The position numbers were made by a program, and so were the translations under genes. Below, piece after piece: positions 43,559 through 52,976 of a stretch of DNA of 64,000 nucleotides (position 1 is the first letter of the stretch; every line of letters begins with the position of its first letter). The notes under the pieces were generated by a model. The model made no database searches and was not told the origin of the DNA. It saw nothing but the letters and a program-made list of their open reading frames with translations. Origin of the DNA: Epithemia pelagica (taxonomy: Eukaryota > Protista > Bacillariophyta); NCBI GenBank assembly GCA_946965045.2, contig OX337234.1:496001-560000 (forward strand). The letters run 5' to 3'.

Positions 43559-46500
43559 TCATCAACGAGGGAATCAACATGACGTGCACATTCCATGGAC
43601 GGATATGCCACGCTTCGCTCATCATGTATATGGCGACATCGGCTAGACAGGGAGGGGGCTCCCAGATGAAGATTCCATCAGTATCCTGAGGAGCAGTGAA
43701 CCAATCTTGCGGTTCCATTCTCAGTGCTTGATTGAAACGGTCACCCATGATGCGCCTGAGCAGTGTCGATGTTCCTTGAGGCTGTCTTTCACCTGCCGAT
43801 AGATGTAACGGCACATAATCCAACATGCTCTGTCCCCTCAGCACGCCACTGGTGAGGTCGGATCGGGACAGTCCGTCACTGCCCTGTGCTATCATCCGCT
43901 TGCCCGCCACCCAGATTACGTGTATGAAGGCGTTGCCCTTCATAAGGATTTTATGAAGGCGAAACATCAGATGCAACACCTCAGGGGATCTCGCCGATCC
44001 TCGATAGAACGCCGCTTCGGCATGAATATTATCTGTGAAGATAAAATACTCTGTTTCAGCGTTGACTCGCCCTTGGCGGTCAAGTTCCTCGATCTTCATG
44101 ACGATGTTTGCTAATTCTCTGAAATTGGAAGAGGATCCCACCATCGCCGACGCCTCCCAGGCCCCAAAATCTACTTCAATTTCTTTGTCGCCTGGAGTCC
44201 ATCCCGACATTCCGAATCCTGCTCCAGAGGCATCGCCAAAGTAGTAACGAGCTTTGGCGACAGCTTTGTCCGGTCTAAGAAATCGTTCGGGAGGTTCTGT
44301 TGCTGAAGTGAGCGATTCCATCGCTTCAATATCAAAGATCATTCGATCGACCAACTGAACGCGTGCTGGGGCGTCTTTGTAACTGCCACTATATCGCAAA
44401 TCCGACGCATGGTTATTCACCTTCCATCCGTCATCATCGCGATCCGGCCGCCAGATGTTGATCGTTGCATACACTCCATTCAGATACAAGAGCAACGTTG
44501 GATACGCTCGACCCACGTGGTTGATGAAGCCGGCAACCTCCTCCAGTACTTTTCGTCGCACTGTACCTTTTGGAGACGCGTTCCCGACTTCGTCGATTTC
44601 GCTTCGCAGTCTTCTTATTTCGCTCTGGGTTTTTTCCCACTTTTCTTGTGTGACCGAAATGAAAGGCCGGTCGGGGGCCGTCCCGCACACTACTCCAGCC
44701 CAGGCTCCGGGACGTTGAGTTTGCTCCCGTCTTTTTCGCGCCGCGTCTTGGACGCCATAGAAAGAAGCGGTTTTCGCAATAACCGAACTTATACGCCAGG
44801 CATCATTCGACGTCGGTCCCGTTCCCCGTAGATCGTCTACGTAATCGTGGGCATCCGCTGCTAAAGCTCCGTTTTGCCTTCTCTTCGCGATCCAAGGTTC
44901 ACCCGGGCGGTATTCGACAGTGCCAGGTAAGTTGATTACCACTCGGTACCATCTAAACACGTTCGCTCGCTTTTTCCGATCGCCTAACATGAGCCGTTTC
45001 AAGCGACGAGTTTGCTGGACAGTCGTGAAGGGTGAAGGACTCTGACCCATAGCACACCTCGTCCATCCTTCGATCCATAACTCGCCGTTCTCCTTCCTAC
45101 CATAGATAGGCGTAAAATCCATGGCGCTAAATTCTTGTAACTCCGGATGGATCCAGAAGTTTAAGAACATTTCCCCGTAGTCGTTGTCTACGCACCAGTA
45201 GCCGGTGTCGAGAGTACGAACTAAAACTTCTGCGTCCGGTAACGGGAACCACGGAGCGTACAAGCAGTCATTAAGACCACTCTTGGTTCCATCGTATACC
45301 ATCCGCACGTCGTCTTCACCCTTTGGGACCGCAAAATAATTCATTGTGGCTTTCCAGTTGCCGTCCTCTCCGACATACCGTTTTGCGCGCACATCATCTA
45401 TCTTTTCCGCAATTTGCTTTATAGTGTTGTCATCACCAAGGCCACCTTGGCGAACGATTTGTTGTTTTGGCATGCCAGTCCAACAAGGCGGGACGCCAAT
45501 CGCCAGATCTCGCATGTACTCGCTTGGCCACCGCCAAAAGAATACACTCGACCCTGCGGGCCACGCCCAAAAAGTGGCCTCACAAGCATGTCGACACGCT
45601 TCTTTGCCTCGCTGCTCTATGAGCTTCCACCAGTTTGGTTCTTCGGCCTTCAGTTGCCGATTGTTCTGCCGCCACCAAGTCAGCCATGACCGAACCACAT
45701 TGTGTCTCCATCTTGATAGCATCGCTTCTCGTACTAGATTGAACGCTCGACGGTGCCGATCTGACAAACTATCTTGGTCTAACAGGAAACGGATTCGATC
45801 ATCCCACAAATCAGTGGGTACGGCCGCCTTGTCATGTTTGACTGCTTTTTCGGAGGCAGTGGTTGTCAAAGCCAGCTTGATGTAGCCCGACATGCGCTCC
45901 TCTTCCTCGATTTTCGACTCTTCACATTCCGATGAAAGGAGTCCGTTAAGACTTTGGGACACTTCTTCGCTGTCTTTGAGAATATGAATCCCTTTTGGTG
46001 TATCCGCCGGTAATTTGACGTCGTTCGCGGTGTCCGATAGCGTTTGCATCAGCCAAGCTCGCAAACACATCCCTAAGCATGACACGACCTTGATTGGCTT
46101 GGTGCATGCTATGACGACGGCTTTGAGTGTGGCGTCATTCCAACTTTGCACTACCGACACCGGCAAATCAATACACGAAGACAACTCTTTGAGAGTAAGT
46201 TGTCTCATCACGCGGACATTCTGTCCATACACTGTTGGTAAGACGAGTCGCTTCTTTTGAAACATAGCTACATCTTTCCATGGTAGCAGATCCTTGTTTG
46301 GATCCAACAAATCGTCTTCCAGACTCGATCTCACTCGTTTCCCAGTGACAGTGCGATCCACGAGATTTATCAGATGGTTTGGAGCCCCAATAATGAATCT
46401 TGCATCGAATACAGCGGAAGCATCATTGGGTTTACTTCCGTGGTGGCTCGATTTTGCGAACCAGTGAGAGCGGCCCCGCCAATCCGTCACACCTCCTGTT

Positions 46501-46976
46501 TCGGCATGAGTGAGACCCTGGGAAAGCGTCCACCATCCTTCCGGTGGCCTTCCCCGCAAACCCCGATCCGACAGAACCAGTTGAGTCCTTCCAAACCACA
46601 GAGGATGAGATGCTTTGGGCGGACGACACGTGCCTTCAAAAACGACTACGTCAACTGAGTCCTCATAATACGGAGTGTAGTCTTCCATGCTGCAAGGTGA
46701 CTCCGGATCAATCCAGGTCACCTTTGTTCCCGACGCGACCAAGTGGGTGCAGCAATTTCTCAAGCGTTTCGACGTGACCAACCAATTAATTCTGCATCCC
46801 ATCAAGTTTTCAGGCAAGAATAGCCAACTCGAAAGACCCGTAGAAACAATACCCATAGAGAACGGTGCTTCTTCGATAGGTACCTTGCGACTGATCCATG
46901 CTGAACATGTTTCCAACTTTTCCCGTTTTTCTCGGCCGAACCTTTTGGGCTCAACACTTCTCTCCCTCTTTCGCAT
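43224..46976 (-). CDS. Pol: reverse transcriptase + RNase H, with N-terminal extension
   Basis: NYFAVPKG..VRMVYDG, DYGEMFLNF, MGQSPSP, YVDDLR (RT); FGDASGAGFG, SSNFRELAN, FTDN, HVIWVAG..QGSDGLSR (RNase H). Confidence 0.9.
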   Translation of the reverse strand: MRKRERSVEPKRFGREKREKLETCSAWISRKVPIEEAPFSMGIVSTGLSSWLFLPENLMGCRINWLVTSKRLRNCCTHLVASGTKVTWIDPESPCSMEDYTPYYEDSVDVVVFEGTCRPPKASHPLWFGRTQLVLSDRGLRGRPPEGWWTLSQGLTHAETGGVTDWRGRSHWFAKSSHHGSKPNDASAVFDARFIIGAPNHLINLVDRTVTGKRVRSSLEDDLLDPNKDLLPWKDVAMFQKKRLVLPTVYGQNVRVMRQLTLKELSSCIDLPVSVVQSWNDATLKAVVIACTKPIKVVSCLGMCLRAWLMQTLSDTANDVKLPADTPKGIHILKDSEEVSQSLNGLLSSECEESKIEEEERMSGYIKLALTTTASEKAVKHDKAAVPTDLWDDRIRFLLDQDSLSDRHRRAFNLVREAMLSRWRHNVVRSWLTWWRQNNRQLKAEEPNWWKLIEQRGKEACRHACEATFWAWPAGSSVFFWRWPSEYMRDLAIGVPPCWTGMPKQQIVRQGGLGDDNTIKQIAEKIDDVRAKRYVGEDGNWKATMNYFAVPKGEDDVRMVYDGTKSGLNDCLYAPWFPLPDAEVLVRTLDTGYWCVDNDYGEMFLNFWIHPELQEFSAMDFTPIYGRKENGELWIEGWTRCAMGQSPSPFTTVQQTRRLKRLMLGDRKKRANVFRWYRVVINLPGTVEYRPGEPWIAKRRQNGALAADAHDYVDDLRGTGPTSNDAWRISSVIAKTASFYGVQDAARKRREQTQRPGAWAGVVCGTAPDRPFISVTQEKWEKTQSEIRRLRSEIDEVGNASPKGTVRRKVLEEVAGFINHVGRAYPTLLLYLNGVYATINIWRPDRDDDGWKVNNHASDLRYSGSYKDAPARVQLVDRMIFDIEAMESLTSATEPPERFLRPDKAVAKARYYFGDASGAGFGMSGWTPGDKEIEVDFGAWEASAMVGSSSNFRELANIVMKIEELDRQGRVNAETEYFIFTDNIHAEAAFYRGSARSPEVLHLMFRLHKILMKGNAFIHVIWVAGKRMIAQGSDGLSRSDLTSGVLRGQSMLDYVPLHLSAGERQPQGTSTLLRRIMGDRFNQALRMEPQDWFTAPQDTDGIFIWEPPPCLADVAIYMMSEAWHIRPWNVHVMLIPSLMSGKWRKMLFKISDVICVLPFGEQWWPRESEFEPLTLAFIFPLLHRVPWRVKFEPFFRDQGHYVRTLHRQSIPFAGHHLCQLWARAWTLGTVPFGVPPSLLRGDSEARSVSS

Positions 46977-47030
46977 GGCTGAAATTTCTTGTTCATCGAT
47001 ATCGTAAGAGGTCTTTTCTTCATTTCCGTC

Positions 47031-49583
47031 TCACGATGGTGATTCGGCCCCTTCAGGTTTTGCTTTTCCCTTCTTGGATGGGAGTCTTGACTGCATATTT
47101 TTTATTTGACTTTCCAGCGCATCTAACTTGCGTTTTGCTTGACCCGCCTCAGTCACCGCCTTTTGTACGTCTTTTATCAGCGGATCGACATCGTCGTGGA
47201 AGCTCACTACATCTAACAAGAAGTGAGTTAGCATTGGTCCGACTTTCGGATGGTTCTTGAATTCATGATCTAAGAACTCGCGCTGCAGCCTGTTTGCTTG
47301 TAACACAGCCCACAGAAGATCATGTGCACGTTCAGGACTCGTCGCTTGTTTTATTGTGATTTCGCTGCACACCCTACGTGGCTGGTTTATCACTTCGAAA
47401 ACGATCCGGACAATGTTCTGAACCAAATCCCACCGACGGACCTCGCTCAGGTTCGTGTCAGAGCCATACTCCTCCACCTGGTCTTTCATATAGATCAGGA
47501 GAGTATCAAGGAAGTGTTTGGCGTCTGTCAACAAAGCGTGAGCTACTGACTTGGCTCCTTGGGACATTTCGGAAGTCCGAATCTCTTTCAGGACGGCCGA
47601 ATGTTTGTCATTCAGCAATTTCCGAATTTCACTGGCCGCTCCCGAGTCACGGGCACCGGATCCCTTGAACCGTTGATATGTATCGAGTTTGCACAATTTG
47701 CGTAGGTTTGTGCGAGCCTGGTCTGGTGTTCCTGCCATGACTGTAGGAGCCATGAGTTGGAACGAGTACAATGCCTTTTGATCACTAGGTCTTTCCATCG
47801 ACGACCTGCTTCCTTTGTATTGCACCTCAATGTTATCTGTATAACTTTGAGATACCGTCGTGGCCATTTCAATGAATGACATTGCGTCAACAAACTTTAA
47901 CACTTCTCCTGAAACGTTGTTGGAGATGACAAACGCCTTTACCTGAGCGGGGGAGCTAAACTGAACTCCCTCAATCTCCACAGCTTGCATCTCCGATCTT
48001 GCTTCTAGATCCGTTATGCGTATCTGCTGAGTTTTCTCTTGTTCTTCCATCTTGCTCAGCAGACGTTTCATTTCGACTATTTCCTGAGCGTCAACTCCCG
48101 AACCTGCCAAGTGAGATGTACTAGGTCGTCCTTGTTGAAATACCGAGTGCAAAGTGTCGGTCAAGTACCGAATATGATTCTCTAACTCGACACGTCCACC
48201 TCCCTGGAAGTAATCATTAGCATCAATGATAGTGTTCTCCACCTTTTTCAACTCGTGCCAGATCAAGTTCTTGACTTCCTCAGGTAGAAGCTTGAGCATC
48301 TTGCGGTCCTGCTCAAAGTCGTCGGATTTTCGTTTGGCATCGTCCAATTCGGTGGTTAGAGCCTGGATCTTCTGGTGCAAGTCCATCATTTCGATGCGCC
48401 AATCCTTTGACTCCTCAGAGTGGTTGTCTGGCTGTTGACTCGAGTCTTGCAGTTCTGACAAAGCTTGCCACACTGAAACCGTACCTGCCCCAGCAGGGGG
48501 CGCTCCCAATAGGCCACTCATTACGTTTACTTTGTTCACCAGAGTATTCAACAGCTTGTTTTGCTCGAGCTGTCGAGCGCGAAGTGTGACAAGTTGATTC
48601 GACGAGGCTTGAGCGACTTGCCCTAAGAGCGTCGTATTATGAACCAAGATCTCTCTCACGTTTGTGGTGTCAGCGGAAACCGGCTGCAAATCGAGGGGTT
48701 CCATCGGCGAGGGTAATTCCACGTCTTCCAACCGCAGCCCTTTCGCCGGAGTATGAGCGACGTGAACTGCCTTGTTCTTGAGAGCAGCCATGGTCGCTAA
48801 CTCCAAATCATCATCTTCGGCGACGGACCATGAATCCGCTTCGATCCTCGCATCCACTTCGCCAATGGCTTCCAGGGCCGCTCCAATGTTTTTCTTCGAG
48901 GGCTCAAAATCGGTCTGAGTCTCACTTTTAATCAAAGAAAACAAAGATGTCCAGACCAACACAGGTTGAATCTTAGCCGACAACAACTCTTCGACCTTGG
49001 ATAAGTCAAGGGAAGCAGCGTCCAAATAAGGATCTTGGAACGCTTGCGAAGGAGCATCTTCTTTTCCTTGCTGGGCCTTGCTCATGGGGGCGTTAATGAA
49101 CAGGACCTTGGACAATCCTTTATTCTTGAGAGAGTCTAGGAAAGAAGATCCTTTCTTGTGGTGTGATTTTGTTTTGCAATAGATCTTAAGGAGAGTACAA
49201 AATTTTCCCGACGATCCTACCGTGCTGCCGCACAACTCATGCTCATTCACATCAACGCAACGCACAGACACAAGATTGTTAGAAATAGGGTGCTCACCAT
49301 GAAGTTGAGTGTTCTCCGGCTTTGAAGGGAACCCCCCAGGAAAACGATCCGAACCAAAAGTCTCTGCGATCGACGCGACTGCTCCAGGTTTGCGTCCAGC
49401 TGGCTTGGTGTCTTCATCCATCGGCGTTCCAGATTCCGAGAGATTCTTCCCGGAAACACCCCGAGTTTTCAAGTACCAAGCCTCGCTTTCCCGATCAGCT
49501 TTGGCCCAAGCCGTGGCCAGTCGTTCTTGCGAAGAGAGAGGCGGCCCGCCGCCCTGAGTGTTCGCGTCTTCACGTTCAGTCAA
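47031..49583 (-). CDS. Gag-like ORF1 of the retroelement
   Basis: 850-aa ORF in first position; CGSTVGSSGKFC..C..KSH cluster and coiled-coil segments; assigned mainly by position. Confidence 0.7.
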   Translation of the reverse strand: MTEREDANTQGGGPPLSSQERLATAWAKADRESEAWYLKTRGVSGKNLSESGTPMDEDTKPAGRKPGAVASIAETFGSDRFPGGFPSKPENTQLHGEHPISNNLVSVRCVDVNEHELCGSTVGSSGKFCTLLKIYCKTKSHHKKGSSFLDSLKNKGLSKVLFINAPMSKAQQGKEDAPSQAFQDPYLDAASLDLSKVEELLSAKIQPVLVWTSLFSLIKSETQTDFEPSKKNIGAALEAIGEVDARIEADSWSVAEDDDLELATMAALKNKAVHVAHTPAKGLRLEDVELPSPMEPLDLQPVSADTTNVREILVHNTTLLGQVAQASSNQLVTLRARQLEQNKLLNTLVNKVNVMSGLLGAPPAGAGTVSVWQALSELQDSSQQPDNHSEESKDWRIEMMDLHQKIQALTTELDDAKRKSDDFEQDRKMLKLLPEEVKNLIWHELKKVENTIIDANDYFQGGGRVELENHIRYLTDTLHSVFQQGRPSTSHLAGSGVDAQEIVEMKRLLSKMEEQEKTQQIRITDLEARSEMQAVEIEGVQFSSPAQVKAFVISNNVSGEVLKFVDAMSFIEMATTVSQSYTDNIEVQYKGSRSSMERPSDQKALYSFQLMAPTVMAGTPDQARTNLRKLCKLDTYQRFKGSGARDSGAASEIRKLLNDKHSAVLKEIRTSEMSQGAKSVAHALLTDAKHFLDTLLIYMKDQVEEYGSDTNLSEVRRWDLVQNIVRIVFEVINQPRRVCSEITIKQATSPERAHDLLWAVLQANRLQREFLDHEFKNHPKVGPMLTHFLLDVVSFHDDVDPLIKDVQKAVTEAGQAKRKLDALESQIKNMQSRLPSKKGKAKPEGAESPS

Positions 49584-50553
49584 GCCAGCATACTACCCGA
49601 CGTCCGAAGCACGAGAACTGGTGGAACTCCTGCCCGCAGCGACACTCCCCGCACGATCACGGGAAAAGAAGAGCGGAGGAGGAGGAGGTGCAAGTGCACC
49701 TCCCCCGGGAGAAGCCACGGGCGTCGCGCTAGAGTCCAATCCGCCACGATCGACACCAAACACCGTACCAACTCCTTCTTGAAAATCCCCCCCATGTCCG
49801 ACAAAACCGGGGCGAGGCCCGACAAAGTCGACACAGGGACCCGCAACGTAGACGTTCCAACTCCCACACCGAGGCCCGACGAAAGAGTCAACCCGTCCTC
49901 CGAGGGAGGACGCGAAGACGCAGCGGGAGGGCGAGGACCCAGAGACACGCGCTCGCGAGGAGCAGACGAAAAACGCGACGAAAAGCCAGACGACGACATG
50001 GGAGCGAGGCAAGGAACGACTACAAAAAACTAAAACTCAGAGCAATACAAACTCAATAGATGCTGGACCTGCAGGGAAGAGCACCTTCTCGAATAGATCA
50101 ATCTGAAGACAGTGTGACCAAGACGATTGTCCCAATCCGTGGTTCAGAACTCTTGGTGAATTCTCACACACGTACTCGGATCTTTCTTCAATCGTCTGAA
50201 TCTTGTAGTGTAGGTGAAGGTCTGTGAACTAAGTGACTGACACCGTCCGTTGTCGCCACCGGATTAGCTTGAGCACATGTAGAAACTGGCGATCCATTTT
50301 CCCTCGGGGATTTCCTGAAGCAAGGTTATCTCCAAAAAACTTTACTACACGGTTTAGTAAAGCAGCATGATGCAGATTGGGCAATGGATCGTCAACTCGG
50401 GCAGGGGACAAAGTCTGCAGGGACGCAACAGGCGGTAGAGGTCGCCCGGGCAGGGGCATGCCACGCAAAGCCATTCCATTGCAGGCCTTCGCAACCCGCT
50501 TGCGGGCGGCCAATTTTGCTTGACGCAGTGACGGTAGGTGGCAAATTGAAGCG

Positions 50554-51294
50554 ATGACCACGCCGGAACTGACCTCACAAGACCTGTTGCTGTTTGATGA
50601 AACGCTTCCCTTTGATGCGGATGGCCCGGCAACGTTCCGCAGCGAATGCCCGCCGGACAAGAAGGTCAAGGTCGAGGATCTGTTCAAGTTTTCACGCGGC
50701 CGAGGCGACCTGCAGGTTTCCTTTGTTTTCGGCTGCCTGGCGCTGTTTTTCCTGGCGTTTTTCTGGAGCCAGACCGGCTGGGAAGACCGCAAGCTTCCGG
50801 ACAATTTTGGCAGCTACATCGCCTATCAGTTCGGACTGGTCGACATCGAGGGGCGTGTGACGCGGCTTGGCCGCATCCTCAAGCAGTCATGGATCGCGCC
50901 GCTTCTTTGCCTCGCCGTTTTTGTACCTTCAGCGCTGTGGAACCTGCAATCGTCCTGGAAGGAACATCGCTGGCGCAAGCGTTTCCTGCTGCCGACCAGC
51001 GCCTATTTCGAACTGACCAAATATGCCGCGGCGCTGGAGTTCGTCGCCTATTTCATCGGCTACACATTGCTTGTGCCGGTTCTTGGCTACCTCGTTTCAA
51101 CGCTGCTGCTGGGCACCTACCTGACCTGGCGCCTGGGCTATCGCAGCCGCGCGTGGCTGCTGCGCGGCCTGGTTGCCAGTTTTGCGGTCGTCATCGTGTT
51201 CCGCACCTTCCTGCAGATCAAGACCCCGGTCAGCATCTGGCTCTACGATCAGCTGCCCGCGGCGCTGCGCGCTTTCATGTTGACGTATTTCTGA
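50554..51294 (+). CDS. tctB: Bacterial tripartite tricarboxylate transporter small subunit (TctB-like)
   Basis: Multi-TM protein ending LVPVLGYLVSTLLLG..WRLGYR..VVIVFRTFLQIKTP, directly upstream of tctA; frame intact. Confidence 0.75.
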   Translation: MTTPELTSQDLLLFDETLPFDADGPATFRSECPPDKKVKVEDLFKFSRGRGDLQVSFVFGCLALFFLAFFWSQTGWEDRKLPDNFGSYIAYQFGLVDIEGRVTRLGRILKQSWIAPLLCLAVFVPSALWNLQSSWKEHRWRKRFLLPTSAYFELTKYAAALEFVAYFIGYTLLVPVLGYLVSTLLLGTYLTWRLGYRSRAWLLRGLVASFAVVIVFRTFLQIKTPVSIWLYDQLPAALRAFMLTYF

Positions 51295-51304
51295 GGGGGA
51301 AGGC

Positions 51305-52801
51305 GTGGAGGCATTTGTAACCGGACTGGCAAGCTTGATGGACCCGGCGGTGCTGGTGGCAATCCTGATCGGCTCCGTCGGCGGGCTCATCATCGGCGCC
51401 GTGCCCGGCATCGGGCCGGCCATCGCCATTGCCATCCTGCTGCCGGCAACGGTGTTTCTCGACGATCTTGTCAGCCTGGTGCTGCTGCTTGGCGTCTATG
51501 GCTCATCCATGTATGGCGGCGCGATCCCGGCCATCCTGATCAACACGCCCGGCACGCCGGTCAACGCGCTGACCACCTATGACGGTTATGCCATGACCCG
51601 GCGGGGGGAGGCGTCGCGCGCCCTGTCCCTGGCCTATTCGGCCTCGTTCTTCGGCGGATTCTTCTCGATTTCCATGGCGCTGATCGCGCTGTTCGTTTTC
51701 GGCCCCTACCTGCGTGACCTGGGCGCCCTGTTCGGCCAGCGCGACATCCTGATGGCGGCGATCCTCGGCGGGGTGCTGTTGATCGCGGCCCACCGCCAGA
51801 CCATGGGGATCGCCGCCATGCTGTTCGGATTCGGTTTCCTGATCGCCATCATCGGCAAGCAGTCCTCCCGCAAGGTGGATCGCTACACCTTCGACATCGA
51901 GTATCTTTACGCCGGCTTCAACCTGATCGTCGTGATCGTTGGCATCCTTGCACTCAGCCAGGCGCTCTTCCTGATGATCGGCAAGGATGACGACCCGCCC
52001 GAGGCACGCATCACCGGCGGGCTGTTGAGCGGATTCCGGGAGCTGGCCAGCAAGCGACTGATCGCCGTTCTGTCCGCCGCCTACGGAACGATCATGGGCA
52101 TCATTCCGGGTGTCGGAGAGTTCGTGGCCCAGTTCTTCAGCTATTCCACCGCGCGGTCACTGTCGAAGAATCCGGCCCGTTTCGGCCATGGTTCACCCGA
52201 GGGGCTGGTGGCGTCCGAGACCGCCAACAACGCGGTACCGTCCGCGGCCATGATCCCGCTGCTTGCACTGGGGGTGCCCGGCGAGGCGCTCACCGCCATG
52301 ATGATGGTGGTCTTCTTCGATGCCGGCATCAAGCCCGGGCCGGATGTGTTTGAAAACAATCCGGACTTCCTGTTCAGCCTGTTCACCGCAATGCTGATCA
52401 TCAACGTCCTGGTGCTGCTGACACTGCTGGTATCGACAAAGTATATTGCCCGCATGATCTACATACCCAACCGCATCCTGGGCGCCTTCATCATGATCTT
52501 GTCCTTTGTCGGGGTCTATTCGATCCGCAACAGCCTGACCGACTGTATTTTCGCGGTGCTGTTCGGGTTCATCGGCCTGGTGCTGCGGCGCCTCAACTGG
52601 CCGCTGGTGCCGATCGTCTAGGGGCTTGTGCTCGGATCCATTATCGTCGAACGTCTGACGGCCGGGGCAGGACAGATCAAATCCGCGGTCGATTTTGTCA
52701 ATCGGCCGGTTTCCGGAACGCTTTTTGTGGTGATCCTGTTGGTCACGGGATACATCATCTGGTCGTCGGTCAGGAACCGGCGCACGGAATATCAACAATG
52801 A
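51305..52801 (+). pseudogene. tctA: Bacterial TctA permease with premature stop
   Basis: GLIIGAVPGIGP..GGAIPAILINTPGTP..ASETANNA..IPLLALGVPG; TAG at 52619-52621 interrupts PLVPIV*GLVLG and the frame continues to TGA at 52799-52801. Confidence 0.9.
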
Positions 52802-52976
52802 CCAAACGATCATGGGAGGAACCAATGAAAAAACTTGCAATGGCGGCCGCGCTGGCCGCCACCGTGGCCGTCTCCGGCGCCATGCCGGCGGCCGCTGAAT
52901 ACCCCGAATCGCCGGTCCAGTTCGTGGTGCCGTTCCCGCCGGGGGATTTCGAGGACATCCTGACCCGCATGATCGC

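Larger units (their letters stand above)
40605..50282 (-). mobile_element. Full-length tyrosine-recombinase retrotransposon with split direct repeats (PAT/Ngaro-like, A1-gag-pol-YR-B1-A2-B2)
   Basis: 259-bp repeat A at 50024-50282 and 41069-41327; 448-bp repeat B at 41327-41774 and 40605-41052; three long same-strand ORFs; no TSD. Confidence 0.92.
39600..50323 (-). pseudogene. Bacterial 2,5-dihydroxypyridine dioxygenase (NicX)-like / peptidase M29-fold gene split by a retrotransposon (parts 50323-50282 and 40604-39600)
   Basis: Rejoined frame reads MLQEIPEGKWIASF|KRALALNG...HWPGG..SHVGWGMNP..RAFAGNFLWSTG..HFDLPMR (348 aa); TTG start with GGAGA RBS at 50329-50333. Confidence 0.75.
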
